Of a DNA stretch of 64,000 nucleotides, positions 13,838-26,266 are shown in pieces. Origin of the DNA: Azolla caroliniana (taxonomy: Eukaryota; Plantae; Polypodiophyta); assembly GCA_043228905.1 (NCBI GenBank), contig JBHGNT010000004.1, forward strand, positions 5,022,001 through 5,086,000, in the 5' to 3' direction. The notes under the pieces are model-generated. The model worked only from the letters and a program-made list of their open reading frames with translations, ran no database searches and was not told the origin of the DNA. Position numbers and translations under genes: made by a program. The first letter of the stretch is position 1. Every line of letters starts with the position of its first letter.

Positions 13838-16241
13838 CCCTGCTTTTATGAGGTTGGTCATGTTTGCATATGACCAAAAGTACTTGTTTCTGCTTGGCTT
13901 TTTCGCATAGCAGTTTGCTATGTTTTGCATGGAGGTATGGCTAGGGTTCCGTAACCCCCTATCACGTCACTTCACAAATTTTGTTCCCAATAGTTGCATT
14001 ACAACCAATGATGCCTGCTCGTGTATCGAGCTTTAATCTCTTCAGAGTTTTCTTGTCTCCTTGAGCTAGAGTTTGAAGATGGTTGTGTACGACACATTTG
14101 TCTAAATTTTAGCTGCTAGGGATCCATCATCCTTAACCAAAGAAAAAATTGACTGAATTTCAGCCATTCTAATAATGATATATAGCTGACCTAGATCCAT
14201 ATTTAAACTCTTGTCATAATGTTGGTCCAGAGATCTGGGCCCGCAACACTTGTACAGTTCCTGATATTGTATTATCAAGAGATTCAGATGGGAAATGGAA
14301 AATCCTGTGGATTAGATTAATGCTAAATGAGCAAGGCGTATCCGCAGGACTAGCTGAGTCCTGGGCTTGTAATTTCATCAACACTTTATATCTTTATTGT
14401 GACAATTTTGTGTTGGAATATCAGTAGAGATGGTGAAAGAATTTTTAGATGAAGTTGAATGAGGTTTGTGTGCATTGTTTTGAATGTGTTTATATAGTAC
14501 ATGATGGAAATGATAATTCAGATCAATGGACAGTTAATCTTAGTGGGGCGTGGATATTATCAAGTTTGTGGTGGATGTAGATGATGTGAATGTACTCATT
14601 TAGGGAATGTTTTTAAGAGTGATTTGTTGAAAGGATCTTGTTTCTGTTGATGATCTTTAGTAGATGGGTCCTTGAACTCAATGCGAGCTGTGTAGGATAA
14701 AGAAGGGGGTTCATGTGTAAACTTCATTAATTAATCAAGTGTAAATGTGACCTTGGATCCATGTTGATAAGGGAAGAAGGCTGGAACAACTCAAGCATCT
14801 AGAAATGCTTGTTCTGATTTTATGATTGAAATGCATTGATATTTTTATCCTATGCCAGAATGCAGCTGTACAGTTTGATACGTTACACATGGATAAATGG
14901 ATTTCACATAATATGGATAAATAGTATCAAGCTTTGTGAATAATTCATTTGTGAAGAGTCCCTCACAATGTGCCTCTTGCATCTTCTTATTTTTAACGTT
15001 AGTTGATTAGATGTGGTACACTAATAAGAGCATCTATAATACAAAGCATGAGTATTATACGAAGCAAGTTGAATTAAATGTCTGATTGAAGCTAGTTTTA
15101 ATAGTGGTGTTATTTCACATTCATGCTTAGGTGTTAGTACATGCAGCATAGCCAATAAGTGAAACAGCCATGCAACATGCTCAACTCACATGATGTAACG
15201 AGTAAAGGTTTAATACATTACTCACTCAGGTCACTTTCAGGGCAAGAGTTGACTTTTATTCCATATTTGATGTGTCAAGCAATGTTAATACATTTCTCAC
15301 TCTAGAGTCATAGCGAAGGTAACTTTTATTCCATACAAATTGCATCAAGCCCACCTTTGCACTGTGCATAGTAGTTAGTTAGCAAGATGAGTCCATACAA
15401 TATTTAGACAACTTCTAATGGAGTGAGGATGATTTGTTCATTTTTGCAAGGTAATGATTTTGTTGCCTTAAGCCCTTTTGTCATTATCCTATTCTAGTAG
15501 GATACGACACACTTTATGTTTCTATTAGCTTTTGGGAAGTGTGACCAAATTAGGGAAACTCTTCGACATCAACCAAGGTCTAAACTCGATAGTAAATTTG
15601 GGATTGACGAAACGGATATCTCTCTCTCTCTCTCTCTCTCTCTCTCCAGATAATCCGGTATGATGATAGTTTCGTAAGCTTTCGCGTTTCTAGTGTTTTG
15701 GTTTGATACAATCAAAGTAAGTATGTAGATGTTGGTTAAATTTCTCATACACACAAGGATAGGATCCATATATTATTTACCTTTTCACAACCTTTTTTAG
15801 GGCCAAATTTTCTAAATATAACATACAAGAGTTTGTTCTCTTCCTTCCCCAATTCTTCTTCTTTCTTCTCCCAAGTTCAGGGATTTGTTGCAGAGGATCT
15901 TCTCCCAAGTTCAGGTGGTTCTTCCTGCCCAAGTTCAGGTGATCCGTCTTCTCGTTTTTTCCAAGTTCAGGGTTCTGCAGAGCGATCTTGTTCCAAGTTT
16001 AGGGTTCCTCTCAGGGATCTCCTCCTCCTCCTTCTTCTTGTTCCGAATTTAGGGTTTTGCAGAGCAGAGGGATCTTCTTCTTGCTACCCAAGTTTAGGGA
16101 TTAGCACACAGATATATATATTTTTTCCTCCATCGATTTGTCCGTCTTCGCCTGTCTTTTCGAAGGGAAGGGATTCGCAAACATACATATTTTGTGTCTA
16201 CCTGTCTGTCTTCGTGCAAACATACATACATATATATATAT

Positions 16242-16928
16242 ATGGAGCAGACAGTGCAGATTTTGCAGAGGTCATATACCCAGCTTCTGAGCTCTGCAGC
16301 ATCAGTGTTGGAAGCCAAAGAGGCGGAAGAACAAGAGGGAGTAGGAGAAAGAGAGAGTGGCAGGGAAAGAGGAAGAGGAAGAGCCACGACAGCCCGCACA
16401 GATGCCGCCCTCGAGAGCTTCCTTCAGAACTGGCAGCTCTTCCATGTGGCATGCGATGAAGCCCAAGAATTCGTGGAATCGGTGAGGCAGCGGATCGGAT
16501 TGGAGTGCCTTGTGGATGAAGCCACCGGATCGATCTCTCATTCTCATTCGGGGGCTTCATCCGGAGCTACTAATACTACTACCTCAAAGGCTGCTGCTTC
16601 TGATGGTAATAATGTAAGGAAGCCAGGGCTTCCTCCGCTCAGTGCAGTCCGCCTCGAGCAGATGAGCAAAGCAGTCCGATGGCTTGTTCTTGAGCTCCAA
16701 CAGAGCTCGAGTAATAACAATAGCGTCGCCAATAATGCATCAGGGCTAATCTCTACTACTGCCCCACCACCACCGCAAGGACCACCCTCGGCCTTTGGCT
16801 CATTGTCAGCTATGGCCTCCACCATGGCATCGGCAGGTTCGGCTTCTTCGGTAGGTACCACCACCACTGAATCACGCCCACTTTCGGCCACTCTCTCCTC
16901 CACATCTGAAGATGGAGGAGCTCAATAG
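16242..16928 (+). CDS. MED32: Mediator of RNA polymerase II transcription subunit 32 (plant MED32/MED2), intronless
   Basis: ATG at 16242. Motifs WQLFHVACDEAQEFVESVRQRIGLECLVDEATG and LPPLSAVRLEQMSKAVRWLVLELQ match plant MED32 as recalled. The C-terminus is extended and S/T/A-rich. Confidence 0.9.
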   Translation: MEQTVQILQRSYTQLLSSAASVLEAKEAEEQEGVGERESGRERGRGRATTARTDAALESFLQNWQLFHVACDEAQEFVESVRQRIGLECLVDEATGSISHSHSGASSGATNTTTSKAAASDGNNVRKPGLPPLSAVRLEQMSKAVRWLVLELQQSSSNNNSVANNASGLISTTAPPPPQGPPSAFGSLSAMASTMASAGSASSVGTTTTESRPLSATLSSTSEDGGAQ

Positions 16929-16974
16929 TTTGTAAGTGCGCTGCATATCCCCATATTGATATGAAATTGGACAC

Positions 16975-17214
16975 TAAATATGTGTCCAGATCACTTTCCA
17001 TGTTCTTGGGTAGAATTAACCCAGATCTTGGAAGTAAAATATGTGTCCCAAATCACTTTCCATGTTCGTGGGTAGAATTAACCCAGATCTTAGAAGTAAA
17101 GTATGTGTCCAAATCACTTTCTATGTTCTTGGGTAGAATTATCCCAGATCTTAGAAGTGAAATGTGTGTCCCAATCACTTTCCATGTTCTTGGGTAGAAT
17201 TGACCCAGATCTTG
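16975..17214 (+). repeat. Four-copy ~60-bp tandem repeat in the MED32 3' region
   Basis: The unit AAATATGTGTCC(C)AAATCACTTTCCATGTTCTTGGGTAGAATTAACCCAGATCTT(G/A)GAAGT occurs 4 times. Confidence 0.9.
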
Positions 17215-17484
17215 AGCTTTATTTCGATTTATGTACTCAATATCTTTGAATTTTTGGCAAATAGTAGGGAATTTGATGTAATTTTGTTGCGAGATGACAC
17301 CAATAAACACTTCAGTTTCTTGGTTTCTTCCTTCTCAAAATTCTGTGGTTAAATGCAGATTTTTTACTGATGCATTTGTATATGCATCATATATATCAAA
17401 TATATGAGATAAAGCTTGAAGAATGGTTGATTTGGAGCAAGACAATAAACAGACAAGAGAACACTAGAAGGATCAAGTAGCACG

Positions 17485-17487
<3 letters not shown>

Positions 17488-17521
<34 letters not shown>

Positions 17522-17869
17522 CTATTATTTTCCTTAGAAGTCTGATATGGCCTATGAGACCATAATATCACATTTTAACTTACTACATGTACATGTGAGA
17601 GTGAGTAGGGACTCTTGATGTTCAACTTTACTAATGAATGTTGCAATCAAGAGTGCACATTGTAATTGTGAGAAAATCATGGAAGCATTGGATTTGGTCG
17701 AAGATTTGTGGGAAGGATAGTCGGGATGTGATCAAACATAGAGCATTGTATCAAAGTATGCTTATGCTACCCATGGAAAAGCGTGCATAGTGGACTACTA
17801 TTATCACTTGTGTCCCAACACTTTGTATCACATCATAGTATGTGAGCTAAGTTGCATGGAAGTTGTCAC

Positions 17870-17905
<36 letters not shown>

Positions 17906-18060
17906 CTATTATTGTCTTTAGAGGTCAAAAATATGACTTATGAGACCAAAAATATTACATTTCGTATAATACAGGTAAAAGTGAGTAGTGACTCTCAATG
18001 TTTAATAACTTTACCAAATGAATGTTGCAATTGAGAGTGCACATTTGTGATTGCGACTTA
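17488..18060 (+). repeat. Two diverged ~200-bp copies, each starting with (GA)n
   Basis: (GA)nTTCTATTATT...TATGAGACC...GTGAGTAG...AATGAATGTTGCAA at ~17488-17670 and ~17872-18055. Confidence 0.7.
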
Positions 18061-18149
18061 ACTCACACGCATACATTCGTGCAAATGAATGTAATGCATG
18101 TGAGCTAATTCGCATGGAAGGTTCTGATGACAAACAATGGGATGGGCAT

Positions 18150-18700
18150 TGGGCATTGTATCGATGTGTTCGGTTTCACGTTCGATGAAGAATATGGTTT
18201 TGTAGTTAAGCGCAATATGTGTAGCATTGCAAAGAGGGTTCATTACAGAGGAACCTAGTGATACATCATGAAACAAGTGTATTGTATCCCATCTTCCAAA
18301 CCATTTTTCTAGATATTGTATCCAACCGGAACCCAAATTGGCTTTTTTGCATCATTTAGCTCTTTTTGCTTGCTTCTTATGCGATTCTAGGAAGTCAATG
18401 TGATAGACTTTGTTGAACCTTAAGTATGTATTAAACAACCCTTTTCCATGGCCATGATCTTAATGGGAAATGATACCATCTCAAGTAGAAAGAGAGTGTA
18501 TGAAGTTTGTTTCTTAACTAATAAAAACTTTGTAAAAAAAAATAGTCACCCATAGAGAAGCATCAATGTCACCAAAGTATCGAAATGGTATTTCTTGAGG
18601 AACCAACACTTGATTTCTTCATGTTTGCATGTGTTCTCAAATGCATAATATGCTCTTTTTCTTGCCTCTAAGCCACGGGTAGCACATTCATTCCACTTAA
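18150..18700 (-). mobile_element. Degraded non-LTR (RTE-like) LINE fragment
   Basis: The minus-strand peptide ARKRAYYAFENTCKHEEIKCWFLKKYHFDTLVTLMLLYG resembles the post-RT 'LFDxLVxPxLLYG' region of RTE-type ORF2. Many stops. Confidence 0.45.
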
Positions 18701-18907
18701 TACAAGAGGCCTTTCTTCTTATAGACATAAAAATGTACATTATTTTGTATGTATTTGAGCTATAGTGAATTTATATTGATTGATCCTTTAGTTGCACCAC
18801 TAACTATACGTTTTAACCATCATCTATCATCCAAACTAGTTCATCATACTCTTTCATATAACCACTAAATATAAGGTTTACTCATTTGTCTGAAAAGTGA
18901 TATTCAT

Positions 18908-19330
18908 TATGCATAATCTATTAGAAGTTGCATTCTTGTATTTCCATTTTCTCTATAATATGATAAATTTTGAGGTCGGTTAGGTTAAGTTATGTAAGGA
19001 ATACGCTTTTGAAACTTGGAAACTTAAGAAAAAAAGAGAGCCAATGATCATTTTTTTTCTAAAATATTATGCAGTTTGTGTAGTTAATAGTATTTTCCAA
19101 TTGGATTAAATAATCTTTATGCATAATCTATTAGAAGTTGCATTCTTGTATTTCCATTTTCTCTATAATATGATAAATTTTGAGGTCGGTTAGGTTAAGT
19201 TATGTAAGGAATACACTTTTGAAACTTGGAAACTTAAGAAAAAAAGAGAGCCAATGATCATTTTTTTTCTAAAATATTATGCAGTTTGTGTAGTTAATAG
19301 TATTTTCCAATTGGATTAAATAATCTTTAT
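18908..19330. repeat. Near-perfect 210-bp tandem duplication
   Basis: GCATAATCTATTAGAAG... at 18911 recurs at 19121. One visible mismatch (ATACGC vs ATACAC). Confidence 0.92.
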
Positions 19331-20378
19331 ATAGTATTATGAGGTTCTTCAATACATTTGTTTTAATTAAAGAATGCAAAAAACCTAACTATCACTTTTT
19401 TAAATATTACGCAAGGATTAATGAAAATGTCTAAAAAATTATTTGTGCTTTTACAATTGCTGGGAAGAAAAAGCTTCCAACAAGACTAACATTTTTTGTA
19501 AATGCATCCCTTGAAATTTTAGGTTGCACGTCAATTCCTAACATAAGTTGTAACTTCCCGTCTTGCATGTCATTTTCATTTCTCTCATTTATTCATCGCT
19601 AATATCAATAGCTTCAATAGCGTAACACACATTTAACGTCTCACATAAAGTGCCTTAAGAACCTATCAAAAGTTCCTCCTCCTTTATAGATGACCAAGCC
19701 AGTCTAAAAACTGTTTTAAGTTTGGTCAGGGCCATAGTCATGACAAATTGGACGAAAATAAAATTAATGTAATTAGTCACAAATCAAACTAAAGTAATTG
19801 CTGAAATTGCCATAGAGCAAATCATAGTGTCTACAGTTGCATTAATAAAGTGCAGAACATTTCGTAACACATTAAAAAGATTCACGAATGCAGTATGCTA
19901 ATCTTCAACAGACGTACAATATATCACCAATAGAAAGAGGTTCTACGCTACTCTACGATGCATTGATATACATTAAACCCATGTCACATTTTACGAGGCC
20001 AAACCCAGTCAAGATGATTCCACAGGCTTACAAAAGAGCTAGCTACACATAGCTGGCCATACAAACGAGCATTTGTGTCAAGTTCAAGTTATTTGTGTTT
20101 CATTTTACAAGGCCAAAGCCATTTAAAATCATTGGGAGAGAGAGAGAGCGAGGCCAGGCATAATGACTAAAATAGACGTAAAAAAGAGCTGCAAACAACA
20201 CACTATGCCACACAAACAGGCACATGCATGTTTGTCAACTTTAGAATCACAACCCTGGACTTTTGATTGATTGTGAGTAAACAAAACCCAAATCATAAAA
20301 AACACTTGGCATGTAGTGATCTTGGTACTAGTGTAGATACATTCACAACCACGTCATTTATCGTTCTGCAAGAAAATG

Positions 20379-23300
20379 TTACCTCGGAGTTCCTGGAGCA
20401 CTATGGTCTTGTCCAGAACTTCTTGATCTCTTTGTATTGAATGATGAGGTCACACCTTTCGTTACAAACTTGCCAGCTTTCCCCACCATACCTACACCCA
20501 TACCAACTCCACTACCAACCATACCCACACCTCCCACAACTCCACCAACAACAAGTTTACCTGCCCCTCCAACTGCTCCTATTGTCCCACCTATAAGACC
20601 TTGTGCTTGCTTCTTCTTCATCTCCAGATACTCTTCTTCTTTCTTCATCGCAGCTTCTTGCTCATCCTTAGTGTAAGCATGATAGTGAACCTACAAATAT
20701 AGAATTTGCGATTGTTTGTGAAACACAACAAAAATATCTCATTAAACTGAAGATGAAAAAACTGATAAAATCATTGAGATTTAAGTTACAACAATAAAGT
20801 GATTGATAACTCACTGTGATTGTTATAGAGCCTCGGTCCTTCTTGTCAACAACATTACTCATGTCCAATGCTGGTTTAAGATCCAGTCTTAGATCCCTGG
20901 TTTTTTCAGGAACGAGATCAGCAAGATGACAGAGAGTAGTACCAAGCTGCTTGTCTGCCATCCCTATATCCTCATCAAAGACCTGATCAATCAAAACTCA
21001 AACATCAATTATGCAATGGGGTTTCCAATATTAGGTAATGGTATAAACCCAAATGCAAGAAATGTGTCTCAAACATTTAAGAGAACATAAACATAAAGCA
21101 TCTTGCAGCATTTGTACTCTCTCAACACTGATTTCAATGCTATCATGACATGTGTCCTTGTCAATTGGACCTCTTCTCCCAATGGCAACTTAAAATGCCA
21201 TATACAAATAGGGGTATGACCTCAATGCACATTATGATACATCTGTCATCTACCAAAGTAAGAGATGCACTTTAGGCACTAAAAAATTGTAGACAAAACT
21301 AGAACTCAATGAAGTAAATAAAAGCTACCGTTAGGATAAGCGACTGTGTTTCTTTGTCCTCAATATCAAATGTGAAAGTTTCATTCCACACAGGATTCAA
21401 GTTGTTGTCAATTGTCTTTGTCCTACTCTTAAAAAGTACACGGACATACGCCTCCACATATGGATCAGATTTTGAAATTAATTCCATATTCTTCAAAGAT
21501 TCTGCCTTAACAATTGTAACAGTTAGCTGTCCTTGAAGCTTCAATGTCAAGTCACTGCATACAAAACAATTTATCACAGGTTATACACTGAAAAAAAGTT
21601 ATGTTAATTTTCTCTTCACATGATAGCATATGTACCTCACATCTACAGGAGGTTGACTTATGGGTACCACTATTCTGTGTGGCCATTCCAAACTGTCAGA
21701 AACTGCATTTTCGACAATGCCCTGATTTTAAGTGGAGAAACCAAAATTTAAAGACTTCCAACAGGGAAAAAGGAAATAAAAAGATAAAGACAACCTAAGT
21801 CTCCAAGCCAAATACAATATATAGGTACTTCATTAGAAAGGTTGAAGGTAATAGATGTTAACGAAAAGAACATTAATGAGAACAGTGTTTAAACTTTAAA
21901 GCAATTCAAGCAAGTGATATGCACTGAACAGCTATAAACCTTGATCGTGTCTGAAATGCCAGGAACACCTGATAAACTTCCACCAATCAGCTTCAGTGTA
22001 TACCTTATCTCCGGCTTTGGCTGCACATAATGTTATGAAGGTAAAACCAAGAAGGAATAAACTAAAATAATTGACCTAATCAGTTTATTTCATATACCTT
22101 TGCCAAGAGTGCAACAACTACAGCTGAAATACATGGCATATCCTCAGCAAACTTGAATATGACACGGACTTTGGCAAAGAATCGCAGGTTTTTCAGCTAT
22201 AGAATAAGCAGAAGAAATTCATTAGAAACCAGTATCACATGTCAATGGATATTTTTACACTTTCACAGAACAAGAAGTGTTGTGCCCTACCAAGATAACT
22301 TCACACGTTTGATTTGGGCTAATACTTATTCCCCTAGAAAGGTATACCTATGTAACATGGGTAGTGTACACAAGCATGCATGCAACTCCTTTCCATGTGC
22401 ACATTTGACAGCCAGAAACTGTCATCAAATTTGCAAATTACAGATCAAGGCAGAACAGTTCCACTTGCAGAACAGTTCCACTTACAACCTGTTGGTCTCT
22501 AAATGTTACGAACACGGTTACATAAATTGAATTCATGGACCAGCAAGAGTGGGAGATGAAGGAGCCAAGTTTTACCTTAGATCGATCATACACAGTCCAA
22601 CCTGCCATTTCACAGATAAGTTGGATTTTCGAAACCTACCACTATACTCCAACTCATGATTTTAACCACCAAAAACCTAGCAATAGGCACACAGCTAGAC
22701 AAGAACCGCTCTTCTTCATAATATAAGGATAACATAAATAAAGCAAAATAACAGCACTGACAAGGAGTTTGGTAAAGCACAAAAAATAGGATTAACCTTT
22801 CCCTATTTCTAAAGAGATATGTGTACTTTAAGAGAACAAATGAATTTGTCTATGTTAATCTCGTACAAAGGAATATGTTAATCTTGTACAAAGGACATAC
22901 TAACAAGGTGAACTGTGATTTATCATACAAATTTGGATACCAAATATGTTCTTGCTTGTATGCATTCAAGCACCAAACAATTTCAACTAAAAATAATTTC
23001 CCCAAAATTATACTTGGTAATTACTGGTACTAAGGGTGAGCATAGTGTATTTGGATACCAAAGATGTTCTTGTTTGTATGCATTCAAGCACCAAACAATT
23101 CAACTAAAAATAATTTCCCCAAAATTATACTTGGTAATTACTGGTACTAAGGGTGAGCATAGTTTCCAGAATAGAATCAGTCAATATAGAAAACACTAAC
23201 TTAGACCGTGATCACTTTGGGAACCAAGTACAGGCAAGGTGCATGAGTTGTTGTACCTTATACAGTGAAGAATGGCACTTTACTTCACTATTTCTCTGTA

Positions 23301-24438
23301 GTTAAAGATATTGAAAAATGACTTGTTCGCTGTCTCAATACTAGTTTCTAAGTTATTTTAAATAATTTTACAAAATACCACCTAGCATAGCTAGAAAATA
23401 TCATTAGTTAATACTTTCATGAGATTAACTTACTTGTACAGGCAAATTGGCACCAACAGGTGTTTTTAAAGCTAAAATAATACTCGGATCACCACCCCAC
23501 TTGAAATCCAAATCCATTATAAGCTGATCTTTCTTAATAGTTTGAATCTTGATGCCTAAACAAAGTGGTTTGTTGAAGAGAAGTGAGAAACTCCCTATTA
23601 AGAAAATTGCAAAGACTCTGCTTCATTAGGTTTAGGGACTATATAACCTTCTATCTGAGGCGCAACATTCCCCAAAAAGAGCTTAGAGAATCCTATTGTA
23701 AATCCAGGAGGAGCATATAAAGCTAGCATAGGTTCAACGCTTTCTTTTATAACATTTGAAGCTGCCTAAAAAAACCGAAACGAACAGTTGGTAAGTCAAA
23801 GTTCAATACAATATTAAATGACTCATAATAAAACTGAGAGGATACCTCAGCCACACATGGCCAGATTTTGTCCAACATTTTGTTCAGCCACTTCACCTGT
23901 AAAAAATAAATCCAGATTGTCATGTTCTACATGAAAAAAGGGTAGATACTAATGTTTCACATCACAACAGAAAAGAAAAACATCACAGTAAAACAAAGCA
24001 AAACTATGACCCAATGTGTTAAGGTGAATATTATTTTGTTACTCAAAAACCTATCTCTTAGTTATATCAATGCATTGAGTGTCAACACTCATCAACCCTC
24101 TCAATATCAAAATGCATTTAAAGTTAAGCCAAACCAACCCTCTCAAATTCTGGAAATGACACCCAGGGTGGGAAGTTACTGCTACAAAGCTTTTTTACAT
24201 CATCTTGGACAAGTCCACCCAACAGAGATAATCCCACAGCCTGCAAAAAACATTATCATTTTACTATGAATTTCCAATGGAAAACACAAGAGGAAAAAAA
24301 AGAATGATAAACTCAGAATCCACATTTGGAGACCTTAAGGATTCTATTTTTACTTCGAGACTCAATGAAATACTTCCATCCTGCTATAAAGGCCACACCC
24401 AATGCGAAACCAAAAAGAAGGCCAGAAAACAGCCCCAT
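20379..24438 (-). CDS. CLB1: Synaptotagmin-like Ca2+-dependent lipid-binding protein (TM-SMP-C2, CLB1/SYT7/NTMC2T4 type), 11 coding exons
   Basis: Minus-strand exons: 24438-24334, 24240-24139, 23896-23846, 23765-23648, 23555-23434, 22196-22098, 22020-21940, 21721-21636, 21554-21329, 20982-20815, 20690-20379. Domains are an N-terminal TM (MGLFSGLLFGFALGVAFIAGW), SMP (VKWLNKMLDKIWP, FKWGGDPSIIL, WPHRIVVPI), C2 (KSDPYV...NNLNPVWNETF...EDKETQSL) and a Gly/Val-rich tail typical of CLB1/SYT7. Confidence 0.92.
22931..23163. repeat. ~118-bp tandem duplication inside a CLB1 intron
   Basis: ATTTGGATACCAAA...GGGTGAGCATAGT at 22931 and 23049. Confidence 0.9.
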
Positions 24439-24507
24439 GTTTTTCCTTGCAGATAAAACTCAGAAGCAGATCTTGGGTTTAATTCAGCATCTAAATGACA
24501 ATTTCAC

Positions 24508-25850
24508 CTGTATAAAAAATGGCATCGTAAGTTATTCAGGACCATTCTATGATGATTCATTCCCATAAAAGAAATGGAAATAAAGACTATGGACAGAATG
24601 GAGTTAGGCTTGCCACAATAGACTTTAAAAAGCGATAGATAGCTTGAAAAAACGAGTGAAATTTTGATCTGCGTCAAGCTCAGACAGTAAGAAATTCATG
24701 TAAATACAGAATGAAATCACAGATCTTTGCAATAATCTGTGATCAGCTGAGCATCCAATGAATATAAAATGATATTAGGATTAAGAACAAGCCAAAATGT
24801 TAATTTGCTGAAGGTACTGAGGTCAATTTACTGAAATGGCCACAAAGAAGTGGCAGATAACCTCAAAAAATGGATGAGGATTGGTTACAATTGAACTCAA
24901 GAAGCAGAAAAAATTACTTTCTTAATAAAGACTGGATAAATAAAGGACATTTGCATCAGTCAATCTGTAACATCAATGAAGTACTCTCTCACATTTACAT
25001 ACACATGCAAACTCTCTCTCTCTGTGTATATACATATATACTCTGTCTGATCCTATACGTAAAGAGTAATGAGAGATGAGCGAAAGAACCAAAGGGAGAT
25101 GTTTATGAGACAACAGAGATATGCGCAATAGAGATAAGGATTGAGGTTTTCACATCAACCAGAAGGTGTAAACAAATCATAAAGAATCAGAGAATGTCCA
25201 TTACAGATCAGTTGGATGTGAGTCACTTAAGCAGAAACGAGAAATAAATGGGAGCGTTAAACATTCAACCATTTGTTTATGACGAAGAAGAAGAAGAAGA
25301 AGAAGAAGAAGAAGATAAGATAAAAGAAAAAACACCGATTTTACTCAGATTAAACAGAAGAAGAAGAACATAAACGAAAAAAACAACATTTTAATACCGA
25401 TAAAAACGAAGAACATGAAGAAGATAAGAGAAGAAACACCATTTTTACACAGATAACAAGGAGAGACGAAGAAGAGAAAATGACATTTACACAGATGAAA
25501 GAAGGATGAAAAAAAAAGAAGGTAGAAGAGATCTACCCAAGAAGATTGATGAAAAACCAAACCAAGCATCTATCAAACAAAAATCCAGCTAATGAGAAGC
25601 CGAAAGAAGGGAGGAAAAAGGGGAAATTTTTTTATTAATGAAGAAAAGGTTTGTGTGGGGTAGCCATACAGAGAAACAAGAAAAGCCTAAAAAGCTATAG
25701 CCGAACTGTAGATGGAGATCTATCGAGTCGCAGATTCAGGTTATTTCTCCCTTCGTTGGGAAGACAAAAGAGACGAGACGGTAAAAACTCGGAGAAACAG
25801 GAACAGACGTGTGGAAGGGGGGGAAAACAGATATTTATTCCTTTCTTTAC
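24508..25850 (-). other. Probable 5'-UTR intron of CLB1
   Basis: Minus-strand donor CAG|GTAAAG at 25850 and acceptor TTTTTATACAG at 24508, ~70 nt upstream of the ATG. The intron is CT-rich on the sense strand. Confidence 0.55.
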
Positions 25851-25984
25851 CTGATCGTGCAGAAAAGAGCGGGCGGATTAAGGTTCTCGACAGAAGAAGA
25901 TGATGATGATACTTTTTTGGCCGCTTTCTTTATCGCTTGCTTCCTCTTCTCTTGCTTTGTGTTCCGAACCTTCTTCTCTGCAAA

Positions 25985-26266
25985 TTAGGGTTTAAGGACT
26001 ACTCTGTCATTTGCCTGATCGAGCGTGCGAGATGATGATGATGATGATGGTGGATAAATCAGGATTCTTTGCAGAAGAAAGAAAGGAACATTAGGAACCT
26101 CTTCTTTGTCGTTCTTTTGCCTTTCTTTCTTCTGCACTCGCTTTATGAATTTCTAGATTAGGGTTTAAGGCCGTCTCTATTCTTTTAATTCTCTTCTTTC
26201 TCCTTCTTCTTCTTCTTCTTCTTCTCTTTCTCTGTCGCAACCTTATCTGTTGAAGATTAGGGTTTA
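25985..26266 (-). promoter_or_regulatory. Three telo-box (AAACCCTAA) motifs in the CLB1 leader/promoter
   Basis: TTAGGGTTT on + at ~25985, ~26158 and ~26258. Confidence 0.45.

Noticed and set aside
15833-16459. 208-aa ORF overlapping MED32
   Set aside because: Non-ATG start, built from leader repeats, and out of frame with the conserved MED32 ORF.
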